32,289 bases of DNA from a virus (Duplodnaviria; Caudoviricetes). Numbering within the stretch: position 1 is the first letter of the stretch; every line of letters starts with the position of its first letter. The stretch spans positions 1 through 32,289 of IMG/VR virus record IMGVR_UViG_3300035670_000856; one strand, written 5' to 3'. The notes beneath the pieces are model-generated. The model saw nothing but the letters and a program-made list of their open reading frames with translations, was not told the DNA's origin and searched no databases. Shown here in pieces: positions 8,494-18,632 of the stretch. Made by a program: the position numbers and the translations under genes.

Positions 8494-9204
8494 ATGGCAA
8501 TAGTACCTATAGAAATAAAAGGTCAATTAAAGACAAAGAACGTAGAACCATTAAGCAATTTCACGTTATATGTAATTGAGAATGGAATTACGATACATAA
8601 GCATCAAAATAACAATGTGACTACAGTAAATGGCAAAAACACTTTTTTGACGTTAATTGAGTCATATATTACTCAAAATAGTAATGGCCCTAATGGTTCT
8701 ATTACCTCGAGTAGCATTGTTGTTGATGCAACTAATGGTCATATTACTATTGATATTGAAGGGACTGGTGATAACGCGTGTGACCATTTTGCTGGAGCGT
8801 TTTTTACTCAAGAAACATGGGATGAGCAAAAAAATGATACCATTGCAATGCGGTTTTTATCTGAAGAAATAGAAACACAACTTTGCGTTGATTGTCAAGA
8901 TGTTGAAATTGCTTATTGTGATGGCAATCCTGAATTTACAATACCTATTGAAGATGGATCGTATCTTGTTGTAATTGAAGATCATAATACAAATAATTTT
9001 TATAGTCAAAATATTGATGTTGTTGATGGAATAGTAGAATGGAGTATGAATGAATATGAAAACATATTCATGCCTTTTACATATTATACATTAACAATTA
9101 CTGATGTTAATGGTAATGTTGTTACTTGGTCTCAAGCAACGGATGAGTATAATTGCTTAAGATTTACATTTAAATATAGTACAGACACAAATTTGCCAAC
9201 ATGA
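8494..9204 (+). CDS. Hypothetical acidic beta-rich protein, probably virion-associated
   Basis: ATG 8494; T/N/D/E-rich composition; lies in the late region. Confidence 0.65.
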   Translation: MAIVPIEIKGQLKTKNVEPLSNFTLYVIENGITIHKHQNNNVTTVNGKNTFLTLIESYITQNSNGPNGSITSSSIVVDATNGHITIDIEGTGDNACDHFAGAFFTQETWDEQKNDTIAMRFLSEEIETQLCVDCQDVEIAYCDGNPEFTIPIEDGSYLVVIEDHNTNNFYSQNIDVVDGIVEWSMNEYENIFMPFTYYTLTITDVNGNVVTWSQATDEYNCLRFTFKYSTDTNLPT

Positions 9205-9482
9205 TAGATATTATATTATTACTGTTATTAAATTCATTATATGTATTAGGGTTTTATTTATCATTGCAGCAAGGCATGGTATTTAGTACTATAAATACTT
9301 ATGGTGAATTATATTTAAAGAAATTATGGATGCCAATTGGAGGTTGTGTAACGTGCATGGCAAGTGTTCATAGTTGGGTTTACTTTTTATTTTATGATCT
9401 TGATTTATTATATTTAGTATATATATGCGCACTAGCAACTGTAAATACAATTATTTATAATAAATATCTAGCAGATGATTGA
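9201..9482 (+). CDS. Small membrane protein, DUF1360-like
   Basis: Two to three hydrophobic segments and a GGCVTCMASVHSW (CxxC) motif. Confidence 0.6.
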   Translation: MIDIILLLLLNSLYVLGFYLSLQQGMVFSTINTYGELYLKKLWMPIGGCVTCMASVHSWVYFLFYDLDLLYLVYICALATVNTIIYNKYLADD

Positions 9483-9711
9483 AAAGCTAAATAAGTATTT
9501 AATTTCGATGAAATTTTTTCCATTAGGTAGATGCTCATGTAAAGGGAAGCCATTTAGATGGAAGAATGAAACAGGATTTGAAGTTAAATTGTATAATGAT
9601 GATACATGGCAATTATTAAATGGACAAATATTAAGATATGGATATATTGAAACAGCAATTGAAGAGATTAACGAATTTTATCAAAAATTTATGGGCGAAA
9701 CTGATAACTAA
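9475..9711 (+). CDS. Hypothetical protein
   Basis: 78-aa ORF overlapping both neighbours; CSCKGKP motif. Confidence 0.6.
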   Translation: MIEKLNKYLISMKFFPLGRCSCKGKPFRWKNETGFEVKLYNDDTWQLLNGQILRYGYIETAIEEINEFYQKFMGETDN

Positions 9712-10258
9712 ATTAGGTCATAAACCAATTTGGCAATTAGAAGAAGGTCATGTAATTGTACCAGCGTTTATTAGTAATGGAGTACAATATTATCAGTTGA
9801 AAGATTATTTTAACACGTTTTCATTTAGAGGATTGACCGCGTTAGATGTGTATGAAGAATGGAACATGCGCATCACAAGCGAAACTTTAGATGAATTCAT
9901 TGAAAAACTAGAAAAAACAATCAATGATCCAAAAACAATAAAAATATCAGAGATTGTGATGTTGATATCAATGTTGAAAGAGCGCAAAAAATTTATAATT
10001 CCTAATAGTGAAATTATATACAAATTTGCTAGTGTTGCTTTCTTTGATAAAAATGAATCGCCGTATAGTTACGATCCTGACTATAATAAGGAAAAAATAA
10101 AGCGCTGGAAGGAGGCGGCTGATATTAACGATTTTTTTATCGTGATGCAGCTAAAGGATATGCTGCCGTTGCCGAAGCTGTCAGAGCAAGATTTAGCTCT
10201 ATGTTTGACACTGATAGATCAAATATCAGAACATCAATTACTGAAAGTGCGATTATGA
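9638..10258 (+). CDS. Putative tail assembly chaperone (gpG-like)
   Basis: Upstream of the tape measure gene; contains a T7 slippery run at DFF (10132-10138). Confidence 0.55.
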   Translation: MDILKQQLKRLTNFIKNLWAKLITKLGHKPIWQLEEGHVIVPAFISNGVQYYQLKDYFNTFSFRGLTALDVYEEWNMRITSETLDEFIEKLEKTINDPKTIKISEIVMLISMLKERKKFIIPNSEIIYKFASVAFFDKNESPYSYDPDYNKEKIKRWKEAADINDFFIVMQLKDMLPLPKLSEQDLALCLTLIDQISEHQLLKVRL

Positions 10259-10392
10259 AAATAGCAAAGAAAAATGAACAAGCATTCATACAGCATTTAT
10301 TAATAAATAACGAATACGGTGTAAATTGCAATAAATTAACATTGTGGGAATATTTCTTATTAATTGAAAAAATAACTAACGAAAAAAAATAA
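10129..10392 (+). CDS. -1 frame extension of the tail chaperone (gpGT-like)
   Basis: The frame opens right after TAA 10126-10128, at the T7 run, and runs to 10392; ends with an LTLWEYFLLIE helix typical of gpT-like tails. Confidence 0.55.
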   Translation, partial: RFFYRDAAKGYAAVAEAVRARFSSMFDTDRSNIRTSITESAIMKIAKKNEQAFIQHLLINNEYGVNCNKLTLWEYFLLIEKITNEKK

Positions 10393-10397
10393 AAAAC

Positions 10398-10688
10398 ATG
10401 GCAGATCTAAATATTACATTACAAAATTTTAATGATGGCACAGGTGGTGCTACATCTGGATTCCCAGCAGCATTACGAATTACTGTTACTACTAATGGAA
10501 TTCAAAAGGAATATTTCTGTGATGTTACAAGTGTTCTAATTAGTTTAGATGAAGCTGCGAACTATTTAGAACTTTATGCTAATAATCACTGCCTGTACAA
10601 GTATGTAGCAGGTGATACATTTAATACTGGAGCTATGGCTGATGCCGCTACTATGTTTGATAGTATTCGTGCAGTATTATATACATAA
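10398..10688 (+). CDS. Hypothetical protein, possibly virion-associated
   Basis: 96-aa ORF with a good A-rich leader. Confidence 0.7.
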   Translation: MADLNITLQNFNDGTGGATSGFPAALRITVTTNGIQKEYFCDVTSVLISLDEAANYLELYANNHCLYKYVAGDTFNTGAMADAATMFDSIRAVLYT

Positions 10689-10822
10689 TGAAAGCAAAAA
10701 GCAATAGCACGTCATACCATGCTAAAAGCAAAGTAAGGCGACCTGGTGTTCATTCTAAAAAGAAAACTAGCGCTATAAAAACAAGTAAAAATTATATTAA
10801 AGCATATAGAGGTCAAGGGTAA
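10688..10822 (+). CDS. 44-aa highly basic peptide ending KAYRGQG (not in the ORF track)
   Basis: MKAKSNSTSYHAKSKVRRPGVHSKKKTSAIKTSKNYIKAYRGQG; TAATG overlaps at both ends. Confidence 0.75.
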   Translation: MKAKSNSTSYHAKSKVRRPGVHSKKKTSAIKTSKNYIKAYRGQG

Positions 10823-13800
10823 TGGCAGTAGTTGAAGAAGTAAAAATTAAATTCACTACAGATACAAGTGAGTTAAAAAGTTCAAAACAAGAACTTCAAG
10901 ATCTTGGTGTAATTGCCGAAAAAGACGCAACAGCTTTTGATAAAATTACTGAAAGCGCTAATGCGGCTACTTCTTCAATTAAAAATGTTGGCAAAGGAAC
11001 AAGCGAAGAATTAAATAAAGTAGCTACAAGTAGTACAAAAGCTGCTAATGCTATAAAAGCGACTGGAACAAACGCCAATGCAGCATCAAAAAATTTCCAA
11101 ACTTTACGCCAACAAATATCTCAAGCAAGAGCAGATTTAGATCGATTAACTATAGCTTATGGAAAAAATTCGGCTCAAGTTGCAGCTCAAAAATTAAAAT
11201 TAGCTCAATTAAAAGATGAGTATAAAGATTTAAATAGGCAAATAAGTTTTCTAAACCCAGAAGACAAAATAAGGGCTTTCCAAGCATTTGGTAGTGGTGT
11301 TTTTAGTGCAATACAAGTTGCTACTGGCGCGATGCAAACTTTTAATACAACTAGCGAAGAATTAGATAGAGCAATAAATCGTATTAGTGGTGTTGTAAGT
11401 GCTATATATGGATTGACTAGTTTTATACAATTAAAAGAGCAGTTTGAGGATATTGGATCAATTTTTAAAACAACTGCGGCAGCTAGCGAAATTGCTGCTT
11501 CAACTATTTCAACAGCAAGTGATGTAACGGCCGATTTTGCTTCAACAGCAAGTGATGTTGTAACTACAACAAAAGATGCCGCATCTACACTGAAAACATA
11601 TTCAGATGCTACAAAAGCTGTAAAAGAAACAGCTGGTGATGTTAAAAAAGCAATTGATGCGCAATCAACAGCACAAAAACTAAACACTGTAGCTCAGGAA
11701 GTGGCTACTGGTGCCGTAACAGCACAAGATACAGCTACAAAAGCGGCTACTGTTTCTACTAGAGCTTTTACAACAGCATTATTAAGTTCTCCATTAGGAT
11801 TAATAGCTGTAGGAATAGGTGCAGTTGTTGGAGCATTGTTTTTATATGAAAAAGCTACAGCTAAAAGTAAAGCTGAAGCACAAAGATTATTAGATGTAGA
11901 AGCTGGATTATTAGCTGCAAGAGGTCAAGAAAAAGACGCATTAAGAGCTTTAGCAATTTCTAGAGGAGAAATATCGCAAGCAAACGCTGATATCACTGGC
12001 AATACAGAACAATTTGAAAAAGACAATGATCAATTAGGTAAAGAAATTATTAAGCAAATAGATCTTGTAAAAGAAGCAGAAAAAGAATATAATGATACAC
12101 TTAATAAAATACAAGAAGCGAAAAAAAGAACAGGAAAAGATACAGAATTAACTGAAGAGGAAAAAAGATACTTAGAAAAAACATCGGCAGCTAAAAATTT
12201 AAAAACACAAAATAAAATATTACTTGACTTAGAGAACACTTTTCAAAGTAATTTAAATGCTTTAGAAGCAAAAAATACAGTTATCAGAATTGCTTCAAAG
12301 AAAGAAGAAGATGACGCTAATAAACTAGCAAGAGAACAAGCAAAAGCAGAAGAAGAACGTTTAGCTGCTGAGCAATTGCGTATTAAAGAAGATTTTATAC
12401 AGTCATTATTAAGTAAAATAGAAGAAGAGAAAAAAATAAGATTAGACGCAATTGATGTAAAAAGATTGCAAGGCGCAGATGATAAACAAATTATAACTGA
12501 TCAATTAACAAGTATAAAATTAGAACGAGAGTCATTACAAGCAATTTTAGAAAAAACAAAAGGTACTAGGTTTTATGCTGAATTGCAACAAAGAATAAAT
12601 CAATTACAACGTGATGAGTTAAAAACACAAGCGGAACTAACAAATTTAAATACTCAAAAAGAATTACAGTTAATTGAAAAAAGAGCAAAATCACGTAATG
12701 ACGAGATTAATTTATTGCAACAAATTGGGACAAAAGAATCTGATATTTTAAAATATAGATTGCAATCTAATATTGAGAATGTAGCTGATTTGCAAACTTT
12801 ATTATTACTTACTACAAATGCAAAAGATAGAGCAGATATTGAAAATAAGATTAATGAATTATTATTAGAAAGAAAAGGTATCAATATACAAATACCACAA
12901 GCAACTGGAAATGAAGAAAAAGCAAAACTTCAAGAAACTATAAATGCAATTAATGCGCAAAAAGATCGTGAATTAGTAAATAATGAAATTAGAGCTAATA
13001 GTAGAAAAGAATTAGCAGAAGCAAATTTAAAAACGGATATATATTATTTAGAATTAGAAATTGCAGAAAGAAAAAAGGCTGGAGAACAAGTAGCTAAATT
13101 AGAAGCTGATTTAAATTTAATGCGCAAAAAATTACGTGGAGAAGATTTAGATTCTGTAGAACAAACTGAAGAAGAAAAAAGAAAAATATTAGAATTTACG
13201 TTATCAAATGCTAATGATTTAATTGGTGCATCAACAGAATATCAGAGTGTATTGTATGAACGCGAAATTGCTGAGGCTGAAGATCTTAAAAATAGAAAAT
13301 TAATTACAGAAGAAGAGTATCAACGACGCGTTAACATTATTAAGAATAAACAATACGAAGCGGAGAAACGCGCTCAAATTGCTCAAGCAATTATTAATAC
13401 AGCTCAAGGTATTATAAATGCTACAACAATACAACCAGCGTCTTTAATACCATGGGCTATAGCAACAGTGACAGCATTAGGTGCTTTTAATGTTGCAAAA
13501 ATTCAAGCCACTCCAATTCCTAAATTTAAAAAAGGTACATTATCTGTTGGTGGAGTAGACACTGGCAAAGATAGTGTAATGGCAATGTTGCGGCCAGGAG
13601 AAGCTGTGATACCAGTAGAAACAAAAAGAGATTATTACCCAGCGATAAAAGCCATTTATCAAAAACAGATAAAACCTAGTGATATTAATAATTATGTAAT
13701 GGGTAAATTAACTTCAAAAGGTGTTAGTATCACAAATACAAAATCAAATAATAGTAAATCTAATATTGATACATATACATTAGGTAAAATAATTTCAAAG

Positions 13801-13887
13801 AATAAAAGTTTTGAAATTACTAATGTTGATTATTTAGCAAAAGCGATCGCAAGAGAACTATCAAACAATTATAGTGCAAGAAGATGA
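10822..13887 (+). CDS. Tail tape measure protein
   Basis: 1021 aa, long Ala/Glu/Lys coiled coil, hydrophobic SPLGLIAVGIGAVVGAL segment, C-terminal PKFKKG...DSVMAMLRPGEAV motif. Confidence 0.88.
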   Translation: MAVVEEVKIKFTTDTSELKSSKQELQDLGVIAEKDATAFDKITESANAATSSIKNVGKGTSEELNKVATSSTKAANAIKATGTNANAASKNFQTLRQQISQARADLDRLTIAYGKNSAQVAAQKLKLAQLKDEYKDLNRQISFLNPEDKIRAFQAFGSGVFSAIQVATGAMQTFNTTSEELDRAINRISGVVSAIYGLTSFIQLKEQFEDIGSIFKTTAAASEIAASTISTASDVTADFASTASDVVTTTKDAASTLKTYSDATKAVKETAGDVKKAIDAQSTAQKLNTVAQEVATGAVTAQDTATKAATVSTRAFTTALLSSPLGLIAVGIGAVVGALFLYEKATAKSKAEAQRLLDVEAGLLAARGQEKDALRALAISRGEISQANADITGNTEQFEKDNDQLGKEIIKQIDLVKEAEKEYNDTLNKIQEAKKRTGKDTELTEEEKRYLEKTSAAKNLKTQNKILLDLENTFQSNLNALEAKNTVIRIASKKEEDDANKLAREQAKAEEERLAAEQLRIKEDFIQSLLSKIEEEKKIRLDAIDVKRLQGADDKQIITDQLTSIKLERESLQAILEKTKGTRFYAELQQRINQLQRDELKTQAELTNLNTQKELQLIEKRAKSRNDEINLLQQIGTKESDILKYRLQSNIENVADLQTLLLLTTNAKDRADIENKINELLLERKGINIQIPQATGNEEKAKLQETINAINAQKDRELVNNEIRANSRKELAEANLKTDIYYLELEIAERKKAGEQVAKLEADLNLMRKKLRGEDLDSVEQTEEEKRKILEFTLSNANDLIGASTEYQSVLYEREIAEAEDLKNRKLITEEEYQRRVNIIKNKQYEAEKRAQIAQAIINTAQGIINATTIQPASLIPWAIATVTALGAFNVAKIQATPIPKFKKGTLSVGGVDTGKDSVMAMLRPGEAVIPVETKRDYYPAIKAIYQKQIKPSDINNYVMGKLTSKGVSITNTKSNNSKSNIDTYTLGKIISKNKSFEITNVDYLAKAIARELSNNYSARR
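11508..11558 (+). repeat. 18-bp direct repeat with 33-nt period in the tape measure gene
   Basis: TTCAACAGCAAGTGATGT at 11508 and 11541 (STASDV, 11-aa period). Confidence 0.8.
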
Positions 13888-15806
13888 TAGAAGTAATATT
13901 AGATGATATTGTAATTACTAAACCTAATTCATGGAAAGAATTAAGTTCTAAATTAAAACGTGAAGACGGGTATAATGCAGTACTATTATATCAAGAAACA
14001 AATTTAGAATTAACAGACGAAGGATATAATTATTTATATAGTAAATTATTATCTGATGGTTTTTGTGCTGTAATAAAATGCGAAATAAGAGAAACTTGCA
14101 ATGAAGGCAATACATATGATCAATTAATAGTTGGCAAGATATTTTTATCTGATGTAAAATTTAATGAAAAAAGTTGTACAGCAAACGTAAAGTTAGAAGA
14201 TCAAAGCTTTTTTGCTATGATCAAAAACAACTTAAAAATAAAAACGACAGTTGATGCAAGAAAAAGTAAGAATCAATTAGATATTTCTAGTTATTTACCA
14301 CCTGATTATTTAGTAGATTATTATGATGTAGCTACTAATGCTAGCGTAGTAAAAGCTAATGTGTATACTGTACGCGTGTATGATGCGTTTAAATACATGA
14401 TTGCATTTATAACCGATGGCAGAGTAGGATTTGAAAGTACATTATTTAATGTTGGTGGTAAATGGGACGGATTAGCAATTACAACAGGAAAAAGAATCTA
14501 TAGTGGATCAAAAGAAAATTGGCAACAATTTTCTATGCAAGATTTGTTTACAGAAGTAAGCAATTGCACTGAGCCATTATTAATGATCTTAGAGGACCCT
14601 TACACTAACCCCGTTATACGTATAGAGTCACTAGAGTACACTTACAGTAGCAATATCATTATGACTATTGATGATATTTACGAAGTCACTACAAGTGTTG
14701 AAACGGATCAAATATATACTAACGTTAAAGTTGGTACTGATATTTTAAATGATGATCAAGCTTTGCCATTTCCTGAACAAATTAATTTATTTGGTTTTAA
14801 AAAAGAAGAAGTTTATTTAGTTGGAGAATGCAATATAGATAATGATTTAGATCTTAATGGAACTTGGGTTAGAAGTAATAATGTTATTGAAGATATTATT
14901 TATTTAAATAGCGAAAATTATAATGAAAATATATTCTTTGTCGAAACAATAAGAACTAGCAATACAACTGGTAGAACAACAAATGAGAATATTTTCAACA
15001 TATCACCAGCTGTATATTATTATAATACTGGATTGACAAATGATAATATTTTAGAAAGATATATTGGTAAATTTCCTAATAGTGTAGCTCAGTTAATTGG
15101 AGATACTCAAGATGGGTTATTTCAAGCTGTTGATTATAGTGGTACAATACCATATACTGTTAATGAATTCCAATTAGATTATGGCAACGAAGTATATGAT
15201 TTTGGCAATGACTATGATGCTTTCACAAGCACTTTTACTGCGCCATTAGCCGGTATTTATTCTTTTAAAGCAAGCGTAAATTTTAATAATTTTACTTGGT
15301 CTGCTAGTAGTCAAAGTTTAGGTATTGAATTAATATTAAAATATTTTGATAGTGGCGGCAATCCTACATCTAATGTAGTGTTAGATACAAAATATGCAGA
15401 TAATTTCCCTCCAATACCAACACCATACGCATATTTAGCTGGAACTAGAACTCAAAAAATGAACCAAGGTGATTACGTGCAAGTGTGGGTTAGATTATTT
15501 AATGTATTAAGTAGTTTTGTTAGTTTTGATAAAGTTTCACCTGGGACTTTTGTTTGTTATGACAATTCATTAGGTGGTGGAATTATAATCAATAAAGATC
15601 CTAAAAACTATCCAATATTATTACATGAATTTGAGTACCCATTAAATACAACACAATGGGAAAATATTATTAATAATCCATTAGGCAGAATTCAGTTTAA
15701 AATGAATAAACAACCATATAGGAATGCGTGGATTAAAGAAATAAAATACCAACATATTACTAAAATTGCAAAATTTAAGTTAATTACTTCATCAAATGCC
15801 GATTGA
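13884..15806 (+). CDS. Tail-tip/hub protein with a C1q-like domain
   Basis: Follows the tape measure gene; NEVYDFGNDYD..TSTFTAPLAGIYSF.ASV...QGDYVQVWV matches the C1q/TNF-like fold. Confidence 0.7.
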   Translation: MIEVILDDIVITKPNSWKELSSKLKREDGYNAVLLYQETNLELTDEGYNYLYSKLLSDGFCAVIKCEIRETCNEGNTYDQLIVGKIFLSDVKFNEKSCTANVKLEDQSFFAMIKNNLKIKTTVDARKSKNQLDISSYLPPDYLVDYYDVATNASVVKANVYTVRVYDAFKYMIAFITDGRVGFESTLFNVGGKWDGLAITTGKRIYSGSKENWQQFSMQDLFTEVSNCTEPLLMILEDPYTNPVIRIESLEYTYSSNIIMTIDDIYEVTTSVETDQIYTNVKVGTDILNDDQALPFPEQINLFGFKKEEVYLVGECNIDNDLDLNGTWVRSNNVIEDIIYLNSENYNENIFFVETIRTSNTTGRTTNENIFNISPAVYYYNTGLTNDNILERYIGKFPNSVAQLIGDTQDGLFQAVDYSGTIPYTVNEFQLDYGNEVYDFGNDYDAFTSTFTAPLAGIYSFKASVNFNNFTWSASSQSLGIELILKYFDSGGNPTSNVVLDTKYADNFPPIPTPYAYLAGTRTQKMNQGDYVQVWVRLFNVLSSFVSFDKVSPGTFVCYDNSLGGGIIINKDPKNYPILLHEFEYPLNTTQWENIINNPLGRIQFKMNKQPYRNAWIKEIKYQHITKIAKFKLITSSNAD

Positions 15807-17772
15807 ATATATTCCTAATCAACCAATAATATTTGAGCATCCTATTGGTTTGTATCCATGTTTAAATAACGATACAACAAAATATAATCAATTAGCTCAA
15901 CCTGGTGATAAAATCTGCGTACAGTGGAAGTTAAAACCATGCGTTGAAGATACTTTTTGTGAACCAACAATGTATCGAGATGGTGGAACGCAAACTTTAG
16001 ATACATGGATTGATGCTAGTGGAACTGGTGCGTGGATTAGTGGTGGTTATGATAACGCTGTATATAGCTATGGTAGTACTATCAACAACCCTGTTTTTAC
16101 TAATGGAAATACAAACTATGTAGCTGGTAGAGGATATGCTTTTACTTTTACAATAGATTATATTACAGGCAATTTGCCATTGACAATAGAGTTTTTAAAT
16201 TCAAATATAGGGCCGCAACAATTCACTCAAATAGGCACATATACTATTTATTTTATTCCTCTATACGTTACAAGCGCCGTATCTTTATATTTTGGAACAT
16301 ATGGTAATGATGTAGACAGCAGTAACCAGGTTATTATTTCAAACATGAGTTGTTTGCAATATACCGAATGCTGGTTTGATGATGTAACAGATTCTAAAGT
16401 TAGTTCATGGTCATATGATTATGAAAATAATAATGGTAAATTTTGTTCATTATATGATCCTGATCTTAATACAACAGCTGTAGGTGATTTAGTAAATAAT
16501 AACGCGTATCAAAACGCTGGTCATTATTATCAAGTAGATATAGTTGTAAGTGATATGACTAGTGGAGGATTAGAAGTAGAATTAGGTGGAACATTATTAG
16601 GTACAATTACTTCTAATGGCCAATATTCTTTTTATGGAATTCCTATTAATGCTAGTTATGAATTAAGATTGAAGCAAATTGATGGGTTTGATGGGTGTGT
16701 AAGTAATGTAAACGTGCTTGATTTTGGCGATCCAACAACTAGATTTAATGTTTGGTTAGCTAAGTTAGACAACTCGATTGTTAGTGATACTGTTGTACCA
16801 ACTTATGAAGCCGATAGAATTATATTTTGTGAATTATATGAAGATTTAAATATCAATATTGATTCTAGTTGTGAATTATTAAAGGTAGCATTATATGAAG
16901 AATGCGTTGATGATGTATACACTATAGAATATTCTGTAAATTATATTAGTTATAATTTGAATGGATGGGAATGCACTAAAGTTGTTGAAGCTTGGAATGA
17001 TGGATTTGCTTTTGGATTTTATTTTGGACCAATACTTACTCCGGTATTTACTTTATATCAACGTTTACGTGTATTGCAATTTAATCCTAAATATTCTAAT
17101 GAAGTAGAGGAATATTTATATAGTTCAGGTGGTAGAACTAGGACTTATGCTGAAAGTCAAAAATATCGCGATTGTTGGTTTGATTATGTTGACGAGTACA
17201 CGCATGATTGTATTAGGACACAATTATTGTCTGATAAATTGTCAATTGATTCTTACTTTTTCTTTTACCGTACTGAAGAGTATGAACCCGAGTGGAACAA
17301 TAATTTCAAATATAATTTAGCTCAAAGTAGAGTAGAACTAATACATGAGAATGCAATATTTGGATCTTATTGTGGTACGCAAAGCAACGCGCAGTGTCCT
17401 CCACAAATTGAAACAGTAAATACGTGTACGTTAACTACTTTAGCTTTAGATTTTTCATTAGAATTAAATAATCCATATATATGGACCGCGATGGATGCAT
17501 TTTTAGACAACACTCCAATAGGTACTTATGATTTTACAGATGGAACATCTAGATTGCAATTTATGGGTGATTTAATAGCCCAATTAAATTTAAATTATGG
17601 TGGTTTCGCTAGTGGAACAATACAATTAGTAGGAACCTCGGTTATTGTTAATATTAGTAGTAATATTACGCCTGTATCTACAACTGCTCCATATATCATA
17701 TGGTTTACTGATTACAATACAGCAAATAGTTTTGGAACATCAATGGCATATAGCCCATCATTCTCATGTTAA
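15796..17772 (+). CDS. Tail/receptor-binding-type structural protein
   Basis: 658 aa, beta-rich and Cys-rich; two similar jelly-roll-like units (AGRGYAFTFTI...GTYTIYF and AGHYYQVDIVV...GQYSFY). Confidence 0.65.
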   Translation: MPIEYIPNQPIIFEHPIGLYPCLNNDTTKYNQLAQPGDKICVQWKLKPCVEDTFCEPTMYRDGGTQTLDTWIDASGTGAWISGGYDNAVYSYGSTINNPVFTNGNTNYVAGRGYAFTFTIDYITGNLPLTIEFLNSNIGPQQFTQIGTYTIYFIPLYVTSAVSLYFGTYGNDVDSSNQVIISNMSCLQYTECWFDDVTDSKVSSWSYDYENNNGKFCSLYDPDLNTTAVGDLVNNNAYQNAGHYYQVDIVVSDMTSGGLEVELGGTLLGTITSNGQYSFYGIPINASYELRLKQIDGFDGCVSNVNVLDFGDPTTRFNVWLAKLDNSIVSDTVVPTYEADRIIFCELYEDLNINIDSSCELLKVALYEECVDDVYTIEYSVNYISYNLNGWECTKVVEAWNDGFAFGFYFGPILTPVFTLYQRLRVLQFNPKYSNEVEEYLYSSGGRTRTYAESQKYRDCWFDYVDEYTHDCIRTQLLSDKLSIDSYFFFYRTEEYEPEWNNNFKYNLAQSRVELIHENAIFGSYCGTQSNAQCPPQIETVNTCTLTTLALDFSLELNNPYIWTAMDAFLDNTPIGTYDFTDGTSRLQFMGDLIAQLNLNYGGFASGTIQLVGTSVIVNISSNITPVSTTAPYIIWFTDYNTANSFGTSMAYSPSFSC

Positions 17773-18623
17773 AAGGAATATTGACAATAGCGTTAAAGCA
17801 TCCATTATATGGAAGATACGCTTATAATTTAGCATTAAGTATAAAAGGAGCTGATCCAAAACAAAAAATATGTGTATTAGCAGATAAAGAAGCTTTAGCA
17901 CATTTGCATGAAGGACAAAAAATGATGTTCGATAAAATCATTTATGTAGATCAGTCATTATATACAAAAAATGATTTATTATTACCTTTATTAATTAAAT
18001 ATCATTTATATGATCTAACACCATATAGTGATGAAACATTATTTGTAGATGCTGATGTAATTTTTAGTGGACTATGTGACTTTAAAGAACTGTGGAGTTC
18101 ATATAGAAAAGTAGATTGGACAATGGCAAATAGAGGTGCTAATGATCCAGATAAAGGTATCTCAGAATGGGTTGATAGTAATAAATTAAAAGAAGCTTAT
18201 GATGATATTGAACAATGGATTGATTTAAGTAGCGAATGGATATATTTCAAACAAAATGAATTGTCAAAAAGCATATTTAATTACGCACTAGAATTTTATA
18301 ATGAAGATAAATTACATACTAGACAATTCGCTGGAGATAAACCTGATGAACCATTTTTCAATTTAGCTTTAAATAAAGTAAAACATAAACCGCATAAATT
18401 ACCATACCAACCAACGTACTGGCAACCTGCTGTAAGAAAAGTATTAAGTGCATTAGAGATAAAAAAGAATTATTACGCATTTAGCGCCGGTGGGAACCAT
18501 TTACCACCTAATCAGCAAAAGATTTACGATGAATTTGCAAAAAACGCTGGATTTAGAACTAAAATGCAAGAGTTTAAAATTCCGCACAAAAGATCACAAT
18601 TAAAAGAACGTACGCATATATAA
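17766..18623 (+). CDS. Glycosyltransferase, GT-A fold (GT8-like nucleotide-sugar transferase)
   Basis: A..LALSIK, K..LYDLTPY.DETLFVDADV (DxD), DEPFFNLAL (equivalent to the GT8 DQ..LN motif). Confidence 0.75.
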   Translation: MLKGILTIALKHPLYGRYAYNLALSIKGADPKQKICVLADKEALAHLHEGQKMMFDKIIYVDQSLYTKNDLLLPLLIKYHLYDLTPYSDETLFVDADVIFSGLCDFKELWSSYRKVDWTMANRGANDPDKGISEWVDSNKLKEAYDDIEQWIDLSSEWIYFKQNELSKSIFNYALEFYNEDKLHTRQFAGDKPDEPFFNLALNKVKHKPHKLPYQPTYWQPAVRKVLSALEIKKNYYAFSAGGNHLPPNQQKIYDEFAKNAGFRTKMQEFKIPHKRSQLKERTHI

Positions 18624-18632
18624 TAAACTACA

